In this document: piece after piece, positions 10,346 through 19,865 of the stretch
Layout: each line of letters opens with the position of its first letter
Position numbering within the stretch: position 1 is the stretch's first letter
Source of the DNA: Octopus bimaculoides
Lineage: Eukaryota
Direction: 5' to 3'
Length of the DNA stretch: 43,362 nucleotides
Assembly: GCF_001194135.2 (NCBI RefSeq)
Contig: NC_069005.1
Location: forward strand, 8,035,467 to 8,078,828
Notes under the pieces: generated by a model
The model's database searches: none
Seen by the model: the letters and a program-made list of their open reading frames with translations, nothing else
Told to the model about the DNA's origin: nothing
Position numbers and translations under genes: made by a program

Positions 10346-10744
10346 ATGCTAATTCTTTAGTAGTTAAACTAGCCACATCTGGCTCAAATATTCTACCTGT
10401 TTTATATTCAAACTGGCCAGATCTGGCTTTTCACACCTACCTTACAATGTCATTTAAAAAATAAACAATCACATCATCAAAATCTCAAAGCTACAAGATA
10501 ATACATGATTAATTCAAAACAATGTGAATAATAAATAAGCATTGACAGAGTAATCTGAATATTTAAGGGTTAATCTGGCTGTATGCAGCTCAAACATTAT
10601 ACCTATACCTGTTTCCTGTTTAAGCTGGCCAAATCTGGCAGCTCACGCCTATCCTACAATGTTATTCTAAAAATAATTACTCAAAGCAACAAAATAATGT
10701 ACGATTAATTCAGAACAATGTGAATAAATTGGCATTATTATATT

Positions 10745-11000
10745 TGATGGACTTGAGCCTAAGCCATTTAAAACAGAAGCCTACGACCTAGATCAAGTGG
10801 CAGAATTCCATCACCACTGAAACCGAAAACTTTGAAGCTACCAGAAAAGAAAAGGAAGAAATCAAACGAGAGGAGAGAAAGGATTGGCAAAATCAACCTC
10901 GTCTTCCACCAACATTGCCATGAAGTCAATGCTATCCATTCTTCTATGTAAGAATTGGTCTACTTAGCCATCAATGCCATTACTATAATGGAAGCATTTC
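10745..11000 (+). mobile_element. Decayed RTE lineage-2-like 3' remnant
   Basis: FEATRKEKEEIKREERK...PPTLP...FYVRIGLLSHQ, the C-terminal finger pattern of RTE ORFs. Confidence 0.65.
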
Positions 11001-11127
11001 AGCAAAGAAGAAACTAAATTCTTGGATACGAGATAAAGCTACCGCCACTGCTGCTGCTGATATTTGACAGAGTTAAGACAGGTGAACAGACAGACAGACA
11101 GATCAAGAACCAAACAATTGCAATTAC

Positions 11128-11233
11128 CTCAGTATCTTCGATTCTTGGATTATTCAGAGAATCGACCAGTTCCTGAGCAGCCCTTCTCACATCCTCAGGT
11201 TGGTAACTCTGGTTCTTCTCATGCTCTTGACTC
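11128..11233 (-). CDS. PEX5: PEX5 exon: SQEHEKNQSYQPEDVRRAAQELVDSLNNPRIEDTE
   Basis: Acceptor ttccttcttttgcag|, donor GAG|gtaatt; 106 nt, phase 2-0; aligns to human [27 protein letters not shown]. Confidence 0.93.
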
Positions 11234-11987
11234 CTGCAAAAGAAGGAAAAAACCATCACCATCATCACTTAATGTCCACTTCATACTTGCATGAGTCAGC
11301 CGGAAGTTTTTGAGGTAGATTTTCTATGTCTGGATTCCCTTGCTGTTGCCAACCCTCACCTGTTTTCATACAAGGTAGATGATGCTCCCTTACAACCATC
11401 ATGATATCCTAAGGTTACACACACACATACACTCAAAGGGCTCCTTTCAGTTTCCATATAACAAATCCACTCACAAGGCTTTGGTTGGCTCAGAGCTATA
11501 GTAGAAGACACTTGCCCAAGGTGCCACACAGTGGGACTGAACCCAAGACTTCATAGTTGGGAAAGTGAGGTTCTTAACTACACAGCCATGCCTGCAAATA
11601 TATTGTATGTTGTATGTGTGTGTTTGTTTTTAGTTATATGTGAGATAAACAGGGATTATACATTCACACAAGTTTTCCATTCAAATATTTGGACTTTGTT
11701 AGACAAAGCTGAGGTGATTAGCATGAGAGGAGCAGTGTTGCACAAGTCACACACATTTAGAAATGGACCAAAGAGCTGCAGCTAATGTCTTACAGAGAAA
11801 CTCCACATCAACCTTCACCTTAACCCAATCTCAGATAAAACGTTCAGATTTATTGATAATGGAATCACAAAAGGACCTAAACAACATCAAGGAGTTTTAA
11901 ATCTTGGTAAAGCATTTAGTCCAATGCTCTATTAATTCTATCCTCCAACCAGCTGGATAATAACTACAGTAGTTAGGAAGCACTTAC

Positions 11988-12159
11988 CAATCTTTATTAG
12001 CATTTACAGGATCCAAATACTCAGCAGCCCATTTCACAGCAGAAGAAATTGAGTCTGTAGCAGATGCTGATGCACCCATGTCTGAATTTTGCGTAGATTC
12101 AGAGGCAAGGAAATCTTTCGCCCATTCTGAAGAAACAGCTAAGTCTGCAATGGCAGGAG
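11988..12159 (-). CDS. PEX5: PEX5 exon: (A)PAIADLAVSSEWAKDFLASE...SAVKWAAEYLDPVNANKD(W)
   Basis: Acceptor cattgcag|, donor TTG|gtaagt; 172 nt, phase 1-2; two WxxxF/Y motifs; aligns to human PGVADLALSENWAQEF. Confidence 0.94.
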
Positions 12160-12245
12160 CTGCAATGTAATTCAGAACCTATAAACATGTATATGTGAGT
12201 GTGTGTATGTATGTATGTATATATGTATGTATGTATGTATGTATG

Positions 12246-12468
12246 TACAAGGGGGTGCTGAAAAGTTCCTGGCTTTAAGGGAATCACAAAAGGCCTGGTT
12301 GGAGGCCCAGCCTTCCAAATTCGTTTACAGGGCTTAGAAAAACTGAAGGACTGCTGCAATAAGTGTATCAATCTGAGATGGGAATATGTTGGATAAAATC
12401 ATAATTAACTGATTCTCCTGTATTTTCTTTTACCCAAAGCCAGGAACTTTTCAGCACCCCTTCGTGTA
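12246..12468 (+). mobile_element. Mariner-derived MITE
   Basis: ~28-bp TIRs gggggtgctgaaaagttcctggcttt / aaagccaggaacttttcagcacccc, TA flanks; internal transposase C-terminus LQGLEKLKDCCNKCINLRWEYVG*. Confidence 0.9.
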
Positions 12469-12533
12469 CATAAATATATATATATTGTTTAATATACACA
12501 ATTTGCAAAAGATATTTTTATATATATTGTGTA

Positions 12534-12792
12534 AAAATAATAAATGCGCCCTTTTACAGCCTAGCCAGGCTCATGGGCCCGGTTTCCCGGTTTCAATGGC
12601 GTATGTGTTCCCCAGCTGGACGGGATGCCAGTCCATCGCAGCATTACTCATTTTTGCCAGCTGAGTGGACTGGAGCAAAGTGAAATGAAGTGTTTTGCTC
12701 AAGAACACAACGCATTGCCCGGTCCAGGAATCGAAACCACAATCTTACAATCATGGTGCTGACACCCTAACCATTAGGCCACGCACCTCCAC
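12534..12792 (-). mobile_element. tRNA-derived SINE family D with 15-bp TSD; related copies at ~4310-4570 and 25465-25530 (+), 33345-33485, 34850-35035, 37000-37245 (-)
   Basis: Head ggaggtgcgtggcctaatggttaggg...ggtttcgattcc; central gttgtgttcttgagcaaaacactt (resembles Meta/CORE-type domains, from memory); TSD tatatatattgtgta 12519-12533 / 12793-12807. Confidence 0.88.
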
Positions 12793-13571
12793 TATATATA
12801 TTGTGTACTGTTCCATTATTGATGGGATCAAAAAAAAAAAAAAAAAAAGGTACTTCATCCTGTAAGAGACAAATATCATTTAATATCATATAAATACAGT
12901 GCTGGTATAGTCCTCTCTCCCTCCTGTTCTTACATCCTGGATGTTATTTTGGGTTAAGGGTATGAAAGTCAAGTGAGGTGTTCATGCTTGCTTGCAACTA
13001 TATAGGAACCTTTAGCAAAAGTGTGGTGCTGCCACCAAGTCATACTTGCTTATGAACCATGGCTTTGATAGTTTGATGTACAAAGGACAGTGGACTACCT
13101 CACTTGAAAAACATGTTAGGGTTAGCATCAGGAATGGCATCCAGCCATCATTTATCACCCATTTTCCATGCTGGCATGAGTTAGACAGTTTGACTGGAAC
13201 TGGTAAGCCAGAAGACTGCACCAGGCTCCAGTCTGTTTTGGCTTAATTTATGGCTGGATGCCCTTCTTAACGCCAACCACTCCACAGAGTGTGACATGCG
13301 TGTATACACACACACACACACACACACATATATGTAACTATGTAGTAAAGAGGTTCCTTTCCAACGACATGGTTCTGAGTTCAGGGGACAATTCTAAATT
13401 CACAATGTATGGAGCAACTTGGATCCTCTATAACCCCAGTTCTGCTTATATAGCAAGCATCTGGATCTGCTTGATTTAGGAATTCCAGATCAAAATACTG
13501 ATTCTTAGAATTTACCATAATGGTTTATCAATATATTTTGTACAATCAAATGGAATCTAGCATCAACTTAC

Positions 13572-13695
13572 CTGTCTGTGGTTCATGAAACAGTTCAGCT
13601 TCCTCAATCTGCCGCATCTCCTGGAGAAGACTTCCCATGTGGAATGTTTCTGGTGCTGCTTGTGTATTTTGTGCATGTAAAAACTCATCGACCCA
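13572..13695 (-). CDS. PEX5: PEX5 exon: WVDEFLHAQNTQAAPETFHMGSLLQEMRQIEEAELFHEPQT
   Basis: Acceptor atttttcag|, donor ACAG|gtaagt; 124 nt, phase 0-1; aligns to human LVAEFLQDQN..APQTFKMDDLLAEMQQIE. Confidence 0.95.
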
Positions 13696-13788
13696 CTGAA
13701 AAATGACAGAGTTTCAAAAGGATAATGAATATAAGAAGCAGCAGCACAGAGATATACATGCATATATATATATATATATATATATATA

Positions 13789-14356
13789 NNNNNNNNNNNN
13801 NNNNNNNNNNNNNNNNNNNNNNNNNNNNNNNNNNNNNNNNNNNNNNNNNNNNNNNNNNNNNNNNNNNNNNNNNNNNNNNNNNNNNNNNNNNNNNNNNNNN
13901 NNNNNNNNNNNNNNNNNNNNNNNNNNNNNNNNNNNNNNNNNNNNNNNNNNNNNNNNNNNNNNNNNNNNNNNNNNNNNNNNNNNNNNNNNNNNNNNNNNNN
14001 NNNNNNNNNNNNNNNNNNNNNNNNNNNNNNNNNNNNNNNNNNNNNNNNNNNNNNNNNNNNNNNNNNNNNNNNNNNNNNNNNNNNNNNNNNNNNNNNNNNN
14101 NNNNNNNNNNNNNNNNNNNNNNNNNNNNNNNNNNNNNNNNNNNNNNNNNNNNNNNNNNNNNNNNNNNNNNNNNNNNNNNNNNNNNNNNNNNNNNNNNNNN
14201 NNNNNNNNNNNNNNNNNNNNNNNNNNNNNNNNNNNNNNNNNNNNNNNNNNNNNNNNNNNNNNNNNNNNNNNNNNNNNNNNNNNNNNNNNNNNNNNNNNNN
14301 NNNNNNNNNNNNNNNNNNNNNNNNNNNNNNNNNNNNNNNNNNNNNNNNNNNNNNNN
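13789..14356. other. Assembly gap; other gaps at 6888-7011, 9759-9823, 16365-16784, 23919-24673, 26980-27379, 28526-28535, 31273-31535, 32983-33199, 38988-39367
   Basis: Runs of N, mostly flanked by microsatellites. Confidence 1.
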
Positions 14357-14461
14357 TGTATATACACACACACATATATGTACACATATACACACAAGAG
14401 TCTAAGATAGCAATAAACATTATCTTTTTGATAGTTAAGAGGGACAATATAATTCTGTCTA

Positions 14462-14675
14462 AGTTTGACACAAGGCCAGCAAATTTGAAGGAAGGACAAA
14501 GTTGATTACATTGACCCCAGTACTTGACTGGTATTTTATCTTATCAACTGCTCCCTCCCCAAAAATGAAAATCAAAGTCTGCCTTGACAGAATTTCAACG
14601 CAAAATATAAAGAACCAGAAATGCCACTAAACATTTTGTTTGATATACTAACGATTCTGCCAGCTCTCCACCTTA
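14462..14675 (-). mobile_element. Family A SINE
   Basis: Head aaggtggagagctggcagaatcgttag on minus. Confidence 0.85.
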
Positions 14676-14848
14676 ATAATGAAGTCAAATAGAATACTGT
14701 TGGTTTGGCAGTCCCCATTCTGTCTACATCAACATCGGAACATAGCTTTCTATTAGCAAAACCACTGAACTGTAAATTAGACATCACCAATGATGTAATT
14801 CATTCTCACAAGGACTCACAATCCACAATGTTAAAATCTGATACTTAC

Positions 14849-14884
14849 CTCAACATCTCTGGGTAATGCCAATGGTTTTTCAAC
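14849..14884 (-). CDS. PEX5: PEX5 36-nt exon: VEKPLALPRDVE
   Basis: Acceptor ttgtag|, donor GAG|gtaagt, phase 0-0; aligns to human ASKPLGVASEDE immediately before the LVAEF motif. Confidence 0.85.
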
Positions 14885-15519
14885 CTACAATGATTAAAGA
14901 TATGTCATTGTAATATGTTGTACATAACAATAAAATAAAGCTGGTGGATATACAAGTCTCCACACTCATTATTATTAATACTATATATATATATTACATT
15001 ATCATCATATCACTGTCCATCTTTTCATGCTTGCATGGGCTGGATGTAGTTTATTGAGGTAGATTTTCTTTGGCTGGGTGCCCTTCCTGTCACCAACTCT
15101 AACCTGTTTCCAATTGAGGTAATGCTTCCCAAAGATCAGATATGCTTTGCAGAATATTGTAAATGAATGACACTATTTCTATAACAGCAACACTCATGTA
15201 CAACTGTTACACAATGTCAAGACAAGGAGACTCAAACACATGTGTGCACATGTTCACACACACACAGGTGTGTGTGTACAATGGGCTTCTTTCAGTTTCT
15301 GCCTAAAAGATATATTCACAAGAATTTGGTCAACCCGGAGCTATAGTAGAAGACAAATGCTTAAAATGCCACACAGTGGGACTGAACCCAGAACCATATA
15401 GTTGGGAAGTAAACTCCTTACCACACTTGCACCTATATATATAGTCTTGACTATGCATGCACTGAAGATTAAAAAGTGCATTTTGTGCACTAATTATGAA
15501 ATCATGTGATCTCACTTGT

Positions 15520-15850
15520 ATCCTTGAGGTCTGCCAACGTTTACAACAATGACAATGAGGAATTTCCGAGTAGAATAGTCACAGGAGATGAAACGAGGGT
15601 CCATCATTATGAGGCAGAATCCGAAAGACAGAATATGGAGTGGAAATATCCTGGCTCGCCAGTGACAAAGAAATTCAAGATTCAGTCTTCCATGAGAAAG
15701 GTGATGCTAACCCTTTTTTTTGGGACTCAAAAGGGTCAGTAGGCCACAAAAGGGTCTATACTAGAAGACAACCTGGAATAGGGGTGAACAATCAACAATG
15801 CAAGATACAGTGCTTTGCTGACCAGCAATTCGCACCAAACGCTGAAACCT
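15520..15850 (+). mobile_element. Mariner transposase fragment (catalytic domain, decayed)
   Basis: RIVTGDETRVHHYEAESERQNMEWKYPGSPVTKKFK...KVMLTLF then TINNARYSALL. Confidence 0.88.
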
Positions 15851-15851
15851 A

Positions 15852-16236
15852 TTACTCTTTTACTTGTTTCAGTCATTTGACTGTGGCCATGCTGGAGCAC
15901 CACCTTTACTCGAGAAAATCGACCCCCAGGACTTATTCTTTGTAAGCCTAGTACTTATTCTATCTGTCTCTTTTGCCGAACCACTAAGTTATGGGGATGT
16001 AAACACCAGCATCGGTTGTCAAGCGATGTTGGGGAGGGGGACAAACACAGACACACACACATATATACATATATAGGACGGGCTTCTTTCAGTTTCCGTC
16101 TACTAAATCCACTCACATGGCTTTGGTTGGCCCAAGGCTATAGTAGAAGACACTTGTCCAAGGTGCCAAGCAGTGGGACTGAACCCGGAACCATGTGGTT
16201 CGTAAGTAAACTACTTACCACACAGCCACTCCTGCG
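15852..16236 (-). mobile_element. tRNA-derived SINE family B (long, with internal TA/CA microsatellite)
   Basis: Head gcgcaggagtggctgtgtggtaag...ccgggttcagtcccactg, tail (agtaaaag)n on minus. Confidence 0.92.
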
Positions 16237-16784
16237 CATCGAAGAAAGTTTTGTTGTTGTATGATTAAATACTTGTCCTATCAAATACTTTGCAACGTAA
16301 AATTAAAAAAAAAAAAATAATAATGTACTAATGAGGAGATATTAGCTCTATCATTCAGCGAAACNNNNNNNNNNNNNNNNNNNNNNNNNNNNNNNNNNNN
16401 NNNNNNNNNNNNNNNNNNNNNNNNNNNNNNNNNNNNNNNNNNNNNNNNNNNNNNNNNNNNNNNNNNNNNNNNNNNNNNNNNNNNNNNNNNNNNNNNNNNN
16501 NNNNNNNNNNNNNNNNNNNNNNNNNNNNNNNNNNNNNNNNNNNNNNNNNNNNNNNNNNNNNNNNNNNNNNNNNNNNNNNNNNNNNNNNNNNNNNNNNNNN
16601 NNNNNNNNNNNNNNNNNNNNNNNNNNNNNNNNNNNNNNNNNNNNNNNNNNNNNNNNNNNNNNNNNNNNNNNNNNNNNNNNNNNNNNNNNNNNNNNNNNNN
16701 NNNNNNNNNNNNNNNNNNNNNNNNNNNNNNNNNNNNNNNNNNNNNNNNNNNNNNNNNNNNNNNNNNNNNNNNNNNNNNNNNNNN

Positions 16785-17152
16785 TGTGTACTCTTTTACT
16801 TGTTTTGGTCATTTGACTGCGGCCATGCTGGAGTACTGTTTTGAAGGTTTCAGTCAAACAAATCAAGCCTAGGATTTGTTTTTTAAAAGCCTAGTACTTA
16901 TTCTGTTGGTCTGTTTTACCGAACTGCTAAGTTACAAGGATGTAAATACACCAGCACCAGTTGTCAAGTGGTGATGGAGAGACAAACACAGACACAATAG
17001 GCTTCTTTCAGTTTCCGTCTCCCAAATCCACTGGCAAGGCTTTGGTCGGCCCAAGCCTATAGTTGAAGACACTAGCCCAAGGTGCCATGCAGTGGGACTG
17101 AACTCAGAACCATGTGGTCAGGGAGCAAGCTTCTTATCACACAGGCACACCT
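16785..17152 (-). mobile_element. Family B SINE
   Basis: Same motifs as 15852-16236. Confidence 0.88.
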
Positions 17153-17336
17153 GTGCCTGTATACCTTGATACTGTGTGGACTAAGATCCCCGTTGACAGG
17201 CCGCTGGTATATATAGAGTGTTGAACACTTTTGGTATGCAAATTAGGGACTCCTTCACAGAGTAACTGCTGCATTTGTTGAGTATATAAACAGTTTGGCT
17301 GCTTGTTTCTCTGGAGACTGTTAGAATGATCTAGAT

Positions 17337-17379
17337 ACCTCTGATGAGAACCCAATAAGGTTCGGAAATTGAATAAGGT
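17337..17379 (+). ncRNA. Type-I hammerhead ribozyme-like motif, probably degenerate, antisense within a PEX5 intron
   Basis: acct-CTGATGA-GAACC caataa GGTTC-g-GAAA-t tga a-TA-aggt; helix II 5 bp, helix I 4 bp; one extra G before GAAA. Confidence 0.45.
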
Positions 17380-17461
17380 TGTTCATCAATTTTTTCAGTC
17401 TGCAGAGAAATGGTTAAAATTTGCCCTGTTTATAATTATACCATATGTTACATATATATCC

Positions 17462-17790
17462 TGATCAAATCTGCTTTCCATGCTGGCATGGGTTGGACGG
17501 TTTGACTGAGGACCAGCCAGCCAGAAGGCTGTACCAGGCTCCAGTCTGATCTGGCAGAGTTTCTACAGCTGGATGCCCTTCCTAATGCCAACCACTCCGA
17601 GAGTGTAGTGGGTGCTTTTACGTGCCACCAGCACGAGGGCCAGTCAGGTGGTACTGGCAACGACCATGCTCAAATGGTGTTTTTTACATGCCGCCTGCAC
17701 AGGAGCCAGTCCAGCGGCACTGGCAACGACCATGCTCAAATGTTGTTTTTCATGAGCCACCAGCACAGGTGCCAGTAAGGCGACGCTGAT
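17462..17790 (-). mobile_element. RTE lineage-1 3' UTR copy; similar copies at ~3275-3530, 5748-5960, 6260-6450, 13100-13290
   Basis: Reverse complement of 7010-7294 motifs (gctggatgcccttcctaatgccaaccactcc); internal ~60-bp tandem unit. Confidence 0.85.
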
Positions 17791-18372
17791 ATATATATTA
17801 TACACAAGGTGGGCTAAAAGTAATGCACCATAACAGTTGACATTCTATTATTATTATTATTATTATTTATTCTGTTCATCATGTACAAGTACTATGCATT
17901 CATCATTGTTTTATTTACTAGCATACCCATGTCGTCAAAAATACCAACAGTTTTATTAATGATAGAAAATGACACATCAACACAATGGGGAAAACCATTA
18001 ATGACAGCAATCTAGTAAATATATGTACATACACTGAATTGAAGCACTTGAAGAATCAGATATGATTGTAACCTCTTGGTTGAAAATATCACCCACATAA
18101 TGTAAGTTTTATGTGTGTGTGTGTGTATTCTTTTATTCTTTTACTTGTCTCAGTGCAAATAAAAATGATGATGCACATCCAATGAGCTTTTGCACAGTTA
18201 CTGACTACCAAATTTTACTCTGTACATTTTGGTCAAGCCAAGACTGTAGTAGAAGACACTTGTCTAAGGTGCTGCACATTGAGATTGAACCCAGAACTAG
18301 GAGGTTGCAAAGTCAACTTCTTCACTGTATGTGAAAAAGAAAAAGACAAAAAAAAAGATCTAAAAACTTCAC

Positions 18373-18468
18373 CTGCTTGAATGCTTTGTCTTCAGTGAAA
18401 TGTCCGGTAAACTTCAGAAGAGAGTTTGAAACTCCACACTCACCCTCCACTAAATTTTTCATCGCCAT
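18373..18468 (-). CDS. PEX5: PEX5 coding exon 1: [32 protein letters not shown] (Cys11 codon 18436-18438)
   Basis: Matches human [32 protein letters not shown]; context accATGg; donor CAG|gtgaag; 96 nt, ends phase 0. Confidence 0.96.
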
Positions 18469-18485
18469 GGTTACAAAGTTTTAGC
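18469..18485 (-). other. PEX5: 5' UTR part of the first coding exon; implies an upstream non-coding exon
   Basis: Strong acceptor ttttttgtctttcag| 17 nt upstream of the ATG. Confidence 0.75.
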
Positions 18486-18536
18486 CTGAAAGACAAAAAA
18501 ATATACATATATGTATACATGTTTGTGTGTACACCC

Positions 18537-18755
18537 ACACAGAGGCATCTCAAAAGTAAATAGACATCTTTTTTTGATTTAAAAAAAAAAGATTTAAGCA
18601 TAATGTCATTTGAATACTTAATCTAGTATTTAGTGGATGTGCCTTGTTGAGTTTTCAAGCAATTTAATCTGTTTGAGCATTATACTAACGAGTGTATGCA
18701 CATATAAAAATGGTATAAGTCATGGGTGTCTATTTACTTTTGAAATGTCTGTGTA
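18537..18755. mobile_element. Tc1/mariner-type MITE
   Basis: ~27-bp TIRs cacagaggcatctcaaaagtaaatagaca / tgtctatttacttttgaaatgtctgtg, followed by TA. Confidence 0.75.
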
Positions 18756-18769
18756 CATGTGCATGTATA

Positions 18770-19125
18770 TAGAAGGTGGTATCAAGAAGTTCCCAGACTA
18801 GTTCTGTAGTGTGCCAACAGATGGCAGCACATGGTTGCGTGTGCAGTGAGAGCTAGCAGTGACATCCATGGGACGCTGTGCCAAGTGACATTGTTGTGTT
18901 TACTTTGCAAGATGTGAAATTTGTGTTTTTGTGATCCCGTATGTGTTGGGGTTTGCAATTTTTTTTCATGGACAGGAACAAAGAGCCAACATGAAATTTT
19001 GCATTAAACTTGGAAAGTCTACTACAGAGGTTATTGAGCATGCTTCTGCAAGCTGACGGTGATGAGGCAATGGGTCATATGCAATGTTTCGAGTGGCACA
19101 GGGGTTTCAAAAGCAGAACATAAAC
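18770..19125 (+). mobile_element. Mariner 5' end: TIR plus N-terminal HTH fragment
   Basis: gaaggtggtatcaagaagttccc TIR-like start; EQRANMKFCIKLGKSTTE...GDEAMGHMQCFEWHRGFK. Confidence 0.85.
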
Positions 19126-19657
19126 TCCTCCTTGGTTCAAAGCTGAAGTAATAACCTATAAGGGTCCGATTGAGGGTATGGGACTAGATCGCTAATATCC
19201 TTTTTTTTTTCCGTTAAATAAATGACAAAATCCTTTCTTGTTCTGTTCCTGGTTTAAAGCAAAACCAAGTTACCGATAACTTTTGAAGTCATTTGACACC
19301 TAATATGATGAGTTCAAATTCCGCTTTGCCTTTCCTCCTTTCGGGGTCGATAAATTAGGTACCAGTTGCGTACTGAGGTTGATCTAATCGACTGGCTCCC
19401 TCCCCCAAAATTCCGGGCCTTGAGCCTAGAGCAGAAAAGAATATAATTGTTGTTGATGACGACGACGACGATAATTTTGAAAGTCTTGTGAAGGGTGCAT
19501 GGGAACAGACTAGGCAATACTTTAGGGGGTCTGGAATCATCATGGTAGAACCCCTTATTAGAATATCAAACAAATTTCTATTAAACCACACCATCCTCTT
19601 GACTAAAGCGTTATACCCAATTACTACATTGGACAATGTAATAGCAGATACAAGATA

Positions 19658-19865
19658 AGGCGACGAGGTGGCCGAGTCGTTAGCACGCCGGGCAAAATGC
19701 TTAGCAGCATTTCGTCCATCTTTACGTTCTGAGTTCAAATTCCCCCTAGATCGACTTTGATTTCATCCTTTCGGGGTCGATAAAATAAGTACCATTTGAT
19801 TACTGAAATCGACGTAATTGGGTTACCCACCCACCCCCAAACTTGCCAAAATTTGAAACCAATAT
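19658..19865 (+). mobile_element. Family A SINE with perfect 13-bp TSD; partial copy at ~19305-19445
   Basis: TSD cagatacaagata at 19645-19657 and 19866-19878. Confidence 0.92.

Larger units (their letters stand above)
275..18485 (-). other. PEX5: PEX5 gene, 5' portion (10 coding exons, ~350 aa); 3' exons (rest of TPR domain) lie left of the window
   Basis: Spliced exons read [12 protein letters not shown]...WVDEF...WAKDF...WAAEY...FMKFI...HPWLTEY...ENPL...GDIPNAVLLFEAAVQ...[13 protein letters not shown], recognisably homologous to human PEX5; all introns GT-AG with compatible phases; exon lengths sum to 1052 nt. Confidence 0.97.

Noticed and set aside
12160-12178. Upstream acceptor (tatag|gttctg) extending the exon by VLNYIA
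   Set aside because: Phase 0, incompatible with the phase-1 donor at 13572; the acceptor at 12160/12161 gives the homologous APAIADLA
13563-14499. Long ORFs spanning N-gaps (also 23838-24746, 26885-27504, 31111-31675, 38736-39587)
   Set aside because: Openness comes from X residues and TA/CA repeats; only the 124-nt PEX5 exon inside (in another frame) is real
16326-16364. ctaatgag...cgaaac next to a gap; similar ctgacga...gaaa at 22429-22452
   Set aside because: Core mutated or helices do not form; the first is truncated by Ns
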